This document shows, piece by piece, positions 38,895 through 51,328 of a stretch of DNA of 64,000 nt (the stretch's first letter is position 1; each line of letters opens with the position of its first letter). Position numbers and translations under genes: made by a program. The DNA is from Octopus bimaculoides. Its lineage: Eukaryota. The DNA lies in the NCBI RefSeq assembly GCF_001194135.2, contig NC_068999.1, positions 49,749,601 to 49,813,600 of the forward strand, given 5' to 3'. Below the pieces are notes generated by a model. It was given only the letters and a program-made list of their open reading frames with translations, did not search any database and was not told where the DNA came from.

Positions 38895-39140
38895 CTTTAT
38901 TTTGACTATTTTGCAGTACATATTTAGCAGGATAAACGAATTCTTTGCCAAATTTTGTCCGATACGTGTAAGCTAACATGTCAATCAGAAGCTCAAAAAT
39001 GCGTGACGTGTTCATATGAAACCTCATAACTCTGTCAGTTTTTGTTTCTCCAGCAATCTTCTTAGCATGGTATACAGAATCCGAAAATGATAATTGTTTT
39101 CTTCGACATGAAAGCCTATATCGCTCGCTTATTGCTATTT
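38895..39140 (-). CDS. Candidate exon of gene A (IAISERYRLSCRRKQLSFSDSVYHAKKIAGETKTDRVMRFHMNTSRIFELLIDMLAYTYRTKFGKEFVYPAKYVLQNSQNK); product unknown
   Basis: gttgttgtttttgttgttgcttag acceptor, AAG|GTAATT donor, 246 nt open phase 1-1; motif similarity to 16334-16510. Confidence 0.6.
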
Positions 39141-39539
39141 CTAAGCAACAACAAAAACAACAACATGAACAACGATAACACCGAAACAGCACTACAGTGG
39201 TCAGCGTTATTTTTATTCTTTCTATGCTACACGAAAAAGACAAACGATAATATCTGTTCTTGCTGCTATTTAGTTTGAGCCAATGATTTTTAAAACTGCG
39301 GTATTCCAACTAATGAGGCAGCTTCTGAAAAGACAGATGATCTGCTAGAAGTAGCAGTCAAACTTTATTCAAATCAAGCCACATCGTTTAAAGGAACAAT
39401 ATAGTCCTAGAAACGGGTTGTGGGGAGAGACAAAATCCAAAACAATCATTGATTATAATATAAGTATTGTCATTCAGAGCAAAGCAGGGGTCAACAACAA
39501 CAACATAACAATACTAGGATTTCTTCCTTCGCCCACTGC

Positions 39540-39640
39540 TGATTAGGGTATTTAGCTCATAATCATATGATCGTGAGTTCAATTTCTGGACGGAGCAGTG
39601 CGTTATGTCTTTCGAGGAACATCATCTTACGTTGGATTCA
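39540..39640 (+). mobile_element. Degenerate SINE family D head
   Basis: gattagggtatttagctcataatcatatgatcgtgagttcaattt...gttatgtctttcgagg. Confidence 0.6.
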
Positions 39641-39959
39641 GCCTATATACAGCTTTAATGAGGAGTATCAGAATGGCATTTATTGGTGCAGCTTTCCTTG
39701 TCTCCCTGCAGTCGTTACATTCCTCGGTGTTCCGTTAGGCCAAGTGTGCGGTAGCGAAGAAGGCGTCTCTATTTGCTTGCAAATACAGAGGTTCCTAAAA
39801 CAATTAGTAAAAGTGTAGTACACGTTAACGAGCCATGTTATCCAATAATTAGCGTATGACGGTGGTACTGTCTTCTCCGGCCCTGTGCTATCCAGATACA
39901 TGATCATGAGAAACGAGAAATTCGTATCCAGACATGTATGTGTGTGTATATGTTTGTGT

Positions 39960-40170
39960 GTCTGTGTTTGTCCCCCCAGCTTCGCTTGACAACCGATGCT
40001 GGTGTGTTTACGTACCTGTAACTTATCGGTTCGGCAAAAGAGACCGATAGAATAAGTACTAGGCTTACAAAGAATAAGTCCTGAGGTCGATTTGCTCGAC
40101 TAAAGGCGGTGCTCCAGCATGGCCGCAGTCAATTGACTGAAACAAGTAAAAAAGTAAAAGAGTAAAAGAG
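39960..40170 (+). mobile_element. SINE module C
   Basis: gtgtttgtcccccc...cgcttgacaaccgatgctggtg...ggcggtgctccagcatggccgcagtc...aagtaaaagagtaaaagag. Confidence 0.9.
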
Positions 40171-40364
40171 AGTGTCCGATTAAAAGTGCGAGCTGACTTA
40201 ATCGTTACCGCACTGGAATTTCTTCCGACACTTTACATTTCAAGGTCAAATTCTGCCGAGGGCGACTGTACATTTCACCCTATCAAGAACGATAGTGAAA
40301 GTAGGTAATGACGCCAAGAGGTATCTAGCATGAATATTGATTTCTTATACGAAATTGAGTAAAT

Positions 40365-40438
<74 letters not shown>

Positions 40439-41176
40439 AACAAAGATTGTCAAACATAATATTTTGTTTGTAAACAAGGTAAGAAAAGCGTGTTTGATTT
40501 CTTCGAGTAAACAATCCAATGTTTTATTTCCTAAAAAAATATTTCAAAATTTTAAATTCTTGTTTGTGATTAATAATTCATAATTCTAAAGTTTGAACAA
40601 TAATAAATTCAATACACATACGTTATCCATTTATTTAATTAATTAAGCTATTTATCCTTTTATTTTCTTACTTGTTTATTTATTTACTCACTAATTTGTT
40701 CATTTGTGTATTTCTCTTTTTACAGCAATTATCATAGCTTGTTTTAAATCTCGGGAGCTAAACTTGCATTGAAAAACATCAATACTATTCGTTTCATCAT
40801 TTCTGGCTTGTGGCGCCACCTAGTATTCTAATAATACAAATATCATCTGAATAAGATTTCGTAATTCTTTGTAATCGTTTTCTTTTTTGTTTTTTCTTCT
40901 TTTTGTTTTTCTTTTGTTTTCTTTGCGAATCCTTTGAGAATATCACAAAGCTTTGTGCTACAGCATAGTGACAATGTAATTCCACCAGGGTGGTCACCGT
41001 TGTATAAACAATAGAGACAATGCGATGTTTGGAGTTTGAGAATAGCAGGAAACGAAATAAACACACACGCACGCACGCACACGCACACACACATACGCAC
41101 ACTCTCACGTACACACGTATATAGGCATGCGCATGCACAACCATATGTCTACAAACACTGAGATGTATGTAATTAC

Positions 41177-41260
41177 GTTGTTTGTTAATTAGGCGAGTGT
41201 CTAAGAATACGATATCGTAATGATGCGTTTCAAGGTTCGATTCTACAGTGTCCCATCTCG
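41177..41260 (-). CDS. Candidate exon of gene A (RWDTVESNLETHHYDIVFLDTRLINKQ)
   Basis: cactgcag acceptor, GTAATT donor, 84 nt open phase 1-1. Confidence 0.35.
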
Positions 41261-42160
41261 CTGCAGTGATTTCAGGTATAACCAAGAATCCCTGAAAGCA
41301 TTTGAAACTTTTATGATGGAATCAATCTGAAACGTAACTCGTGAATTGGAAGTTGTAGCGAGTAGTTTTTGCCTCGGTATGACATGACAGAATATAGAAA
41401 TATATACAAAATACCTTTTCTGAAAGCCATAAATGCTTCGCTCAACTTGTTCTTATCACAGGATTTCGAAGCAGAATATGCATATGGAAATATATTATCC
41501 CATAGAAAAAAAAAAAGGTAAAAAAAAAAAGGTAGAAAAAAGAAAACCACCCTATCTATCACACGTTGCTTTTCCGAATTTTAAGCTAGTTGACGATATG
41601 ACGAGTCTTTTTAAATGGAAAATGTCAAATCTAAAGAAAGTATTAGTATAAAGAAACTTGAAGCATTGTAAGCAGATATCTAAGGAAAATTCTCAATAAA
41701 GAAAACAAAAATGAAAAGTTCCTAGTTATCTATATAACACTCGAAATCGCGAAAAGCGAAATAAAGACTATACCTCCTTTGGGTATTTTTCAGTTTTCAC
41801 TTACTAATTCTTTTGTCAAAAGGAAAAGCTATTCTCTAGTTTACGGCTTCTCTGAAAATGGATAGTTTTTCTGTCACTTAAGTAAAACACTGCTTTTTAA
41901 ATATTCTTACAGCTGTCACATAAAATTTCGTAAGTATTCTCCGTAACAGATAAATGCATATAAGTAACCAAAACCCACCTTCTCGCATCCTTACTTGTGT
42001 GTGTGTGTATCTGTGTGTGTGTGTGTGTGGGGGGGTGTTCAACAAAAAATGAGTGAAAGAATATCAAGTTCGGTTTCATTTTCCTGATTTCATATTCGGA
42101 ATTAACAGTAGTTAAGCTTTATACAACGAGCATGGACAATATGTTGAAATAATCAAATAC

Positions 42161-42205
42161 GGTGCCATTTTGGCAAAAGTGTTTCGCCAAAATTTGCACA
42201 CAGCT
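42161..42205 (-). CDS. Candidate exon of gene A (LCANFGETLLPKWH)
   Basis: Long pyrimidine tract ending aatttag, GTATTT donor, 45 nt open phase 1-1. Confidence 0.35.
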
Positions 42206-42382
42206 CTAAATTAATATCAGAGTAATGTATAAAGAGAAAAAGAATTCCGGAACCAGCTGGTGTAACATAGGAGGGATTCCTTAAAAGAAATGGCATAATA
42301 CTGATGGTTGTAATGGAATGGTAAGATCTTCCTTTCACACAAGAATTTTCTGTCTTTCTCTTTAATGCATCATGTACACACG

Positions 42383-42436
<54 letters not shown>

Positions 42437-42541
42437 NNNNNNNNNNNNNNNNNNNNNNNNNNNNNNNNNNNNNNNNNNNNNNNNNNNNNNNNNNNNNNNN
42501 NNNNNNNNNNNNNNNNNNNNNNNNNNNNNNNNNNNNNNNNN

Positions 42542-42586
<45 letters not shown>

Positions 42587-42634
42587 GAATACATTTTCTC
42601 ACTCACCTCTGAGACGGTAATTTATAGTCAATTT

Positions 42635-42770
42635 ATTTGATTTCGAATTTTGGCATAAGGCCAGCGATTTCGGAGAAAAAGGGTCTAGTGGGTTACATCG
42701 ACTCCAGTACTCCCGAAAGGTATGAACGACACAGTGGACCACGATGGAATTTGAACTCAGAACGCAAAGA
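42635..42770 (-). mobile_element. Degenerate SINE family B
   Basis: aattttggcataaggccagcgatttcgg...ggaatttgaactcagaacgcaaag. Confidence 0.75.
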
Positions 42771-43282
42771 TGGTGGTGCTATTTAGTTAGACATGGCCTG
42801 TGCCTATCTTTGGCCGGAACATATCTAAGTTATTTATTTGCACTTTAGCCATTTCCTTACAAATTATAAATATAACAATAACGTATCTATTCATTCTTAA
42901 TAGTTTCTGACAGGTTTGAACGTGAATAATCTGATTGCTTAAATACGCTATTTTGTGGGTTCTCGCTCTTCTGCGTACACCCCATGAATCATTAAATAAA
43001 ATTTTGCTTCATTAACAACAACGCTCTGCTTCATCGCTTCTGTACAGTTGCTTATATTTATATTATCACGGAACTTTCAGTCGACTAAATATCGTTAAAT
43101 TTCTAATTGTGTAAATACTGCTTAGCAATATAATCCGTTTCACTCTTGCTTAGATTTCAAGTGGATCGTTTATTTAAATCTAAGTAATCAATTTATATTT
43201 GCGAATCAGAAAATCCAATATGTTCTAGTGCAATGGAAATTTGGGGGCGGTTTAAGTCTGTCTCAATGGAATTATGATATTT

Positions 43283-43388
43283 GTTCTTCTTTGGCAGTAC
43301 ATGTACTAAAATTGAAATGATACAGAGAAGATTAGTTTGGTCTCTGTGCAAGGATGCGGCACAAATTCGTGAAGTGTTTCATACTTTT
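43283..43388 (+). pseudogene. U6: U6 snRNA pseudogene, full length
   Basis: gttcttctttggcagtacatgtactaaaattgaaatgatACAGAGAagattagtttggtctctgtgcaaggatgcggcacaaattcgtgaagtgtttcatactttt aligns end to end with metazoan U6; catalytic AGC triad changed to AGT plus other substitutions; no clear upstream TATA. Confidence 0.9.
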
Positions 43389-43392
43389 AAAC

Positions 43393-43525
43393 AGGCACAG
43401 GAATGATTGTCTGGTTAAGAAGGTCGTTTTGCAACCACCTGGGTTCGAGTTCAGTTCCACTACGCGGTACCTTTGACAACCATTCTACTAAGTCTATTTA
43501 TTGACGAATGCCTTGTGAGGGTATT
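43393..43525 (+). mobile_element. Degenerate SINE family A directly after U6
   Basis: aggcacaggaatgattgtctggttaagaagg...caaccacctgggttcgagttcagttccactacgcggtacc; same start as 54139. Confidence 0.75.
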
Positions 43526-43855
43526 TAGTAGATAGAATACATACATGCACACGCAGTCACACACACACACATATTAACATTTAACTGAAGCATCAGAGTG
43601 ACTCAAGGCCCGAGAGCTTCGTGCTTTGGCAGTTATCAAACACACAAAATTCTCGGTCACTGAATCCCTATGTTACTTTTATAAATATTAGTAAAAGATA
43701 TACATATACTCACATTTTGAGTTCTATTTTTCTATTTGCATCACCAAACGCGCATATATATATAGAGGGAGAATTCGCAAAAAAACAACAGACGAAGACA
43801 GGTGGTGTTGAAGACAAATAGATGTATTAGTATAACGCTCGGGAATTGAGAAAGT

Positions 43856-43891
43856 CTTTAACGTTTCGAGCCTACGCTCTTCTACAGAAAG
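43856..43891 (-). ncRNA. Variant minimal hammerhead-like motif
   Basis: Minus: cttt CTGTAGAA gagc gtag gctc GAA acgt t aaag. Stem I 4 bp, stem II 4 bp, palindromic acgt stem III; core deviates from CUGANGA. Confidence 0.45.
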
Positions 43892-43959
43892 GAACACGGA
43901 AAGAAACAAGGAGAGAAACAAGCAGAGAAAAAAATGTGTGTAGTGGTCAGCGATCTATC

Positions 43960-44300
43960 ATGGGCAAGTGTCTTCTACAATAGCCTCGAGCCGACCTAAG
44001 CCTTGTGATTGGATTTGGTAGACGGAAACTGAAAGAAGTCCGTCGTATACATATATATATATATATTTCATATGTGTGTGTGTGTGTGTATGTCTGTGTG
44101 ACTGTGTTCCCCCCACCACCACCACCAACATCGCTTGACAGCCGATGCTGGTGTGTCTCGTAACATAGCGGTTCGCCAAAATAGACCGATAGAATAAGTA
44201 CTTCGCTTACAAAGTATAAGTTCTGGGGTCGATTTGCTCAACTAAAGGCGGTTTCACAGCATGACCGCAGTCAAATGACTGAAACAAGTAAAAGAGTAAA
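43960..44300 (+). mobile_element. Composite SINE: family A 3' half + (TA)/(TG) microsatellite + module C
   Basis: tgggcaagtgtcttctac...gaaagaagtccgtcgta, then microsatellite, then cccccacc...atcgcttgacagccgatgctgg...gaaacaagtaaaagag. Confidence 0.85.
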
Positions 44301-44469
44301 AGATATAGATAAATAAATAGATAGATAAATAGATAAAAAGACAGATCGATAGATATAGATATACATTCAGTATATTCTAATATTAGAAATCTTTACCCAG
44401 AATCGATACCGCTTTGTATCTTTGACATTGAGTCATTTGTTTGCATGAGGAGACTCACTAAGAATTTAC

Positions 44470-44504
44470 CAAATGTACTTTTGAACAGGTATAGCAGACA
44501 TTTG
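44470..44504 (-). CDS. Candidate 35-nt exon of gene A
   Basis: ttatttttctcgcctttctaatgtttatag acceptor with branch-like ctaat, GTAAAT donor; all three frames open (KCLLYLFKSTF if phase 2-to-1). Confidence 0.3.
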
Positions 44505-44825
44505 CTATAAACATTAGAAAGGCGAGAAAAATAAGTTCCTGATTTCAATGTGTCTGTGAAAGTTTCCCCCACAAGTGGTGTTGCTAATGGCGTATATAAC
44601 TAATGATTTCTTTCATAGAGGACGGATAATATTGATTGTATCGATCTCATCCTATAGCTCGCTCTTATTTATTTTATCGATACTGTAACGCAATGGAGGT
44701 TAATGTCGAAAGCGGAGAGATTAGATTGGAAGTCAGTCGCAACAGGAACAAGACGAAGCTAAACTAACTAAAACACTCTTTACAAGTGTTTGGGCTACAT
44801 GCTTTAAACAATTCTGCTGCTGCTG

Positions 44826-44880
<55 letters not shown>

Positions 44881-44995
44881 CCACCACTACTACTACTACT
44901 ATTGCACACCTCACTGCTACTACAGCTACTATTGCCTCATCATAATCATCATAATCATCATCATCATCATCAGCAGCAGCAGCAGCAGCACCACC

Positions 44996-45026
<31 letters not shown>

Positions 45027-45074
45027 TTGCCCCACCAGCACCAGCACTACCACCACACACACACGCAGACACAC

Positions 45075-45124
<50 letters not shown>

Positions 45125-45291
45125 GCAATGACTGTGGAGATTATCATATTATACGCATTAACATAATGGATAAAGCTATAAAAAATACTATATCGTTGTT
45201 TTAATTTATGTCCATGTACATGGTGTTTAATTTGCAACCCACACGATGCTGAAAGAATTCTAAATCATGGAATAAATGTTATGCTAGCATA

Positions 45292-45390
<99 letters not shown>

Positions 45391-46309
45391 CATACATACA
45401 TACATACATACATACATAAATACATACACGCATACATACTTACGTATATACATGCATGAATTTAGAACAAAAATTGTGAAATACTGCCATTAAATAACTT
45501 TCCTACTTCTCTCTCAGCCAGAATGTTTTCTTTTGTCTTGCAAATGATGCAATGTCATTAATAGACCTTTAATTACTTTACATTGAATAGATTCACTGAA
45601 ATCAAAATGGAAACTGCTATATAGGAATATGAAGGGCTATACATTTGAAACTGGAACAGCAAATCTAATTAAATGCATAAAGATTTAATTATATGTTCCA
45701 TTCCATTATGCTTAAACTTAGTTCACTCACGAAAAATAAAAAGAAATTGACTCCTGGCACAGCTGTTCTTTGCCTTACAATAAAAAAGAACGACTGAAAA
45801 ACGACTATTATATGTATATACACACGTATATATATGTACATAAATACTTACATATNNNNNNNNNNNNNNNNNNNNNNNNNNNNNNNNNNNNNNNNNNNNN
45901 NNNNNNNNNNNNNNNNNNNNNNNNNNNNNNNNNNNNNNNNNNNNNNNNNNNNNNNNNNNNNNNNNNNNNNNNNNNNNNNNNNNNNNNNNNNNNNNNNNNN
46001 NNNNNNNNNNNNNNNNNNNNNNNNNNNNNNNNNNNNNNNNNNNNNNNNNNNNNNNNNNNNNNNNNNNNNNNNNNNNNNNNNNNNNNNNNNNNNNNNNNNN
46101 NNNNNNNNNNNNNNNNNNNNNNNNNNNNNNNNNNNNNNNNNNNNNNNNNNNNNNNNNNNNNNNNNNNNNNNNNNNNNNNNNNNNNNNNNNNNNNNNNNNN
46201 NNNNNNNNNNNNNNNNNNNNNNNNNNNNNNNNNNNNNNNNNNNNNNNNNNNNNNNNNNNNNNNNNNNNNNNNNNNNNNNNNNNNNNNNNNNNNNNNNNNN
46301 NNNNNNNNN

Positions 46310-46355
<46 letters not shown>

Positions 46356-46411
46356 TATTTGTTTCAAGGAATCTAGTGTGGTATTTTAAAATTCTCTTAA
46401 GAACTTCTGAG

Positions 46412-46835
46412 AAGGCAATGCTATTGCGTTTGACATCATCAAAACCTTCCAAGACATGCATATCTTAAGAAGGACATTCGAAAGGTCCCACCTATGTCCT
46501 CTCTCCGACTCACATCGTTTCTTGACAGAGCACGCCGTCACTGCATGTGTACACGAGTCTCTGTCTCTCCTCTTCCTTCCTACCTGCGCTCTCTCCCTCT
46601 CGCTGACCGACTTTCAACCAGTGCTGCTATGTTTAGTCCTTGATCCTCCACAAAACTCTAGTATTACTCACATATCTGTGAAAGTGCTGCTGCTACGACG
46701 TGGAAATATCAAAGGAAAACAAATAATAAATAACCACCCAACTGATTGAAAAAACAAACTTAGGAATATGCTACAGCCATGAGCGTGCAGACTTGCTGTT
46801 TCTTCTCTCAGCCCCACTTGCTGATACTGTATCGT
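46412..46835 (+). mobile_element. Decayed LINE ORF2 reverse transcriptase fragment (CR1/Jockey group-like)
   Basis: NAIAFDIIKTFQDMH ~ AVALDISKAFDRVWH; RFLTEHAVTACVHESLS ~ SFLSDRSISVVVDG; FFSQPHLLILYR ~ FFSPSHLLTLYK; frameshifts and stops. Confidence 0.75.
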
Positions 46836-48139
46836 CCTCTTTCCTTACTGAATCTTTTCTCCTCTAACAAGAATTGCACTAAACACTTTCCACAATTTCC
46901 CTCACCGTGGAAATGCAAACTCTGAAAATATTTTACTTTTCGTCATCTAGCTACAGAGGCTGTAAGTTAGGTATCTGCAAATTCTTTTGGAGATAGCTCA
47001 CTTTTGATTTTCGTAACTAGCTTGTGGCCTACATTTTATATTACGTCATATCTAACATATGAACGTATCCTCACGTATCGTCCCACATTTCAATCTCTAG
47101 CAATATTTACGTAAGGAATTATGAATCGAAACCAGATACAACAGAAGTCCATTTAAAGTCATCGACTGTGCATGACCCATAAATACATTAAATTCGAACA
47201 TTATTTAGGAAAAGCTTGAGACCCACACAGAACACCTCTGTGGTTCAATTATGGGTCCTGGTCTACTTGTTGCTGACCTATGCTATGGATAAATATCATC
47301 TGCTGAAAACATTTTCAATATTTATTTTAAAGTAGCAGTGATATTCTTATCATCTTTTCAATGTATTACATTCCTTTTTCAAAGAAATTATTTTTGAGTT
47401 TAGTCAAAAGAAAACACATCAAATAAACATTTCATTTTAACAAAAATAATATTCACAATAATATTATATAATTAACAATTTTAAATGCTTATGTTTATGA
47501 GAGTAGAGAGCAAAGTAGATTAAAATGGCGCCATTGTATTATCAGACGTTCTTAATTTCCTGAGTATAAAAGGGATAATAGAACTGAAACCTGTAAAGAG
47601 ATCTAAACTTGATAACCGGAAAGAACAGAGAGATCTTTACTTAGTATCATGATATTCTATTCGATACTTGACATAGTAATAAGGTGTGAGATTCATATAT
47701 ATCTTAATAACATTAATCTTGTATAATTTGAAAGAATTGCAGACGAAAATAATATTCCCATCATTGTGATAATATTTCTTTTGTTTCTAAACATTTTAGT
47801 ATTGTGATTTTTGTATCAATTAGGCTGCACGAGATCATCCTGGTTCTCCTATTTGTTTACAATCGGTGATTCCCTGTCAGATCGTATCATTTCAAGAAAG
47901 ATAAAAATTGAAGACAACCGAAAAACAAAACCGCTGTTGCAAGATCGATTTTGCTAGAAGCTTAACTCTATATAGTACTCCAACAATCGCTAAATTCATG
48001 ACATATTATACTGGAGGCGGCTGGGACTGGTACAACATGAGACATGGTCATCACACACTTAAATAAGGACTTTTTGGAACTACCGTCTGCCTAACATAAA
48101 AAAATACAGAGTAGTAACAAAAACCAAGACGTTGCCTAT

Positions 48140-48400
48140 GCTGGACAACTCTCACCGTGTATTCAGACACTAATGTTATTTTAACACCTTTTTGGTCTAG
48201 TACCGTCGGTGATGTTCTCTAAACGTGACACCCTCTTGTCTTCCTGGATCTACCCCTTCTCCGTTGAGTTACCAGGTAGACATAAGTCTTATAATTCTAA
48301 TTGCTTCTTTCCTCAAACAATTGCTCTCTGGAACTCTTCTGCCATCGTCTTGTTGTCCTCTGGTCTGATATTCAGTTCTGTCAATCAACATCATTTGACT
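48140..48400 (+). mobile_element. Decayed LINE ORF2 C-terminal fragment
   Basis: YPFSVELPGRHKSYNSNCFFPQTIALWNS ~ HPFTV..PR.RT..YSNSFFPRT..LWNSLP. Confidence 0.75.
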
Positions 48401-49473
48401 TTTTTAGTTCTGTTTGAATCAAAAAAATACCAACAAGGAAAAAAGTGGGGAATAAATGTGAAGCTGTGACGATCATGGTATTTCAAAGGTATTAAGGACA
48501 TACAAGAAGTGAAAAATAAGCGCCCGACACCGATGAAGATCATGAATTCTTTGGTCTTAGTACGAGCGAATTCTTGGGGATGGATTAGGGTTATAGTCTA
48601 TTGATATAAGGATTATGTAATAAAACCCAAGTACACTATCTGCATGATAACCAAACGGTAAAGCCAGTGTTGACATGCTTAATGTAATAAACCAATAGGT
48701 TTAGTAAATTAAAATTACACCAATGGTAAAGAAAAATGATTAATTCCTTGACGCTTTTTCATTTAATGATTAATTCTGAAACGACCCCGTCTGATACTAG
48801 AATCGGTCTCAGCAGACTCCGGCTGACATTACCTGCTTTGAGTTTTTGTCCAAGTTACAGATCCCCAAAGAAGACCATTGAAATATTAAGCTGCATGCTG
48901 ACGTCTGGTACGGGATACTTATATCTCAATAACAGTTAATGAGCTCATTATCTTAGATGAGAGTTTAAAACTAAGGTAGACAATCAGGAAAATTAATTGG
49001 TTTAAAATTAGAGTGTGGGTAATTTAGAGAGCAGAATGAGTTTGGTGTTTTTTCGATTTCACGCAATTATTTACCCTGCTTTCATACTTGAACGATAAAA
49101 CTGACCCCTGTAAATTTTGGACTTAAAATCCTTAACTAAATACTATACAGCCGTTTGTAAAACAACCCCCTCACACCACTCCACTAACTTCTCAGCTATC
49201 CTCAGTCATCTCTACATATTTTCAGGTTCAGATTAATAAAAACATCATCATAAAAATGATTGTAGAGAATAATAAAGAACAACAAACAAAAACATGAATT
49301 TCGAAAAACTAAAACATAAATTTCGAGAAATAAACGATCTTCCTAAATGTTGACAAAACCCACAATATTCCAAAAAAACACCAACCAACAGAGAAAGCAA
49401 CCAAGCAATAGACATAAGTAAAAGTTTCACGCAGAAATATGCTTGAAGAGGCTGTATTATTTTAGGAATTTAC

Positions 49474-49536
49474 CTTTTTATTATACCAGCTGTAGTTAAT
49501 GGTGAAGCGTCAGAGATAAAAGGTGCACAGTGCTTG
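49474..49536 (-). CDS. Candidate exon of gene A (KHCAPFISDASPLTTAGIIK)
   Basis: gtgttttcatgtttgaacacag acceptor, AAG|GTAAAT donor, only phase 2-2 open, compatible with 44470-44504. Confidence 0.3.
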
Positions 49537-50246
49537 CTGTGTTCAAACATGAAAACACAACATTCTTGGCTTACATTAAATGGTCCCATTTTTCCGCATC
49601 ACTTGGTACTCTTCTTTCGTCTTACATACTTCACCGGTTAAGCAAATATTAACAGTTAGCTCAAACTGATGCTCTCTTTTTTAGTAGTGGAGAAACAGAA
49701 AACTGTGACGTACAAATATATCATAAGCATTAACGTAAAGAATATATTAGCCTCCAGAACATATATACATATGTGCATACAGATATATATATATATATAN
49801 NNNNNNNNNNNNNNNNNNNNNNNNNNNNNNNNNNNNNNNNNNNNNNNNNNNNNNNNNNNNNNNNNNNNNNNNNNNNNNNNNNNNNNNNNNNNNNNNNNNN
49901 NNNNNNNNNNNNNNNNNNNNNNNNNNNNNNNNNNNNNNNNNNNNNNNNNNNNNNNNNNNNNNNNNNNNNNNNNNNNNNNNNNNNNNNNNNNNNNNNNNNN
50001 NNNNNNNNNNNNNNNNNNNNNNNNNNNNNNNNNNNNNNNNNNNNNNNNNNNNNNNNNNNNNNNNNNNNNNNNNNNNNNNNNNNNNNNNNNNNNNNNNNNN
50101 NNNNNNNNNNNNNNNNNNNNNNNNNNNNNNNNNNNNNNNNNNNNNNNNNNNNNNNNNNNNNNNNNNNNNNNNNNNNNNNNNNNNNNNNNNNNNNNNNNNN
50201 NNNNNNNNNNNNNNNNNNNNNNNNNNNNNNNNNNNNNNNNNNNNNN

Positions 50247-50298
<52 letters not shown>

Positions 50299-50934
50299 TT
50301 GTGCGTTTTGGGGTTCGGTCAACATATGCAAATATACCAGAAAACAAAGTTGCCACGAATGCTATCGAGCAAAATAGTACCGTAATTCGTGGTCAAACAT
50401 TTTTCAATTCCATTTCCAACAGTAAGGAGAAAAAAAAAAACAATAATTAGATGTACGTCACGTATCGTAGTTTTTTCTACTTTTATATTGCGATATTTAT
50501 CACATTTTGAAAGTGGCAACATTTCAACTATTTACGTAATAAAAATGCCTCGTTCTTTTCAGAAGAGACTTGAATATAATTACTTGGAGAAAAATGTAGA
50601 ATTAGAGCTAAAATAATCAAATCAAATACTCAAAAAGCGTCAAAGCCATGTATGAATGTTATTCGCTTCTATTTATTCTGAAAAATATGAAATGAAAATA
50701 TGGTAGGGTGGTAAAAGTAAAGCCAATCGCTATAGTGTTGTATATAGGACTAGAGAAGGTGAAATCTTGAGGAAATATTATCGAATAAAGTTAAGACACG
50801 AGGCTCATTATTGTTTTGATTAGTTACAAGGATATCTTTAGGACTGAAAGGTTCATTCATTTCAGAGAGTTTGTTATGAATATTTGAAAGGGTAAATATA
50901 TGTTACACACACACACATACCCGCGCACGTACGT

Positions 50935-51050
50935 ATTAAGAAGCTTCCTTCCTAACCACGCGGTTCCAAGTTCAGTCCCACTGCGTGTCACCTTCGGCAA
51001 ATATCTTCTATCATAGCCTCGAACCGACCCGAGGCTTGTGAGCAGATGTG
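50935..51050 (+). mobile_element. SINE family A
   Basis: aagaagcttccttcctaaccacgcggttccaagttcagtcccactgcgtgtcaccttcggcaaatatcttcta. Confidence 0.85.
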
Positions 51051-51121
51051 ATAGAAAGATAGATAGATAGATGAAAAAGAGCGAGAGAAATTAGTTTGTT
51101 GTGTATGTTTACATGTAATAT

Positions 51122-51154
<33 letters not shown>

Positions 51155-51293
51155 CTACGTTTACTGCTATAGGATTAATGAAACTTGGCGAAACGAGATT
51201 TTTATACACGTAATATAATATATATAAATACACACACACACAACACATACACACACATATACATATATATATATATCTGCATCTATGATATAT

Positions 51294-51328
<35 letters not shown>

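Noticed and set aside
38917-38967. Plus-strand 51-nt exon-like YIFSRINEFFAKFCPIR
   Set aside because: Lies antisense inside the better-supported 246-nt minus exon; likely chance
39631-39794. Minus-strand exon-like segment with good acceptor and GTAAGA donor
   Set aside because: Stops in all three frames, and the donor lies in an antisense SINE D; at most non-coding
42785-42830. Short U6-like words (ttagacatggcctgtgc, tttggccggaacatatctaa)
   Set aside because: Short, gapped and in the wrong order; probably chance
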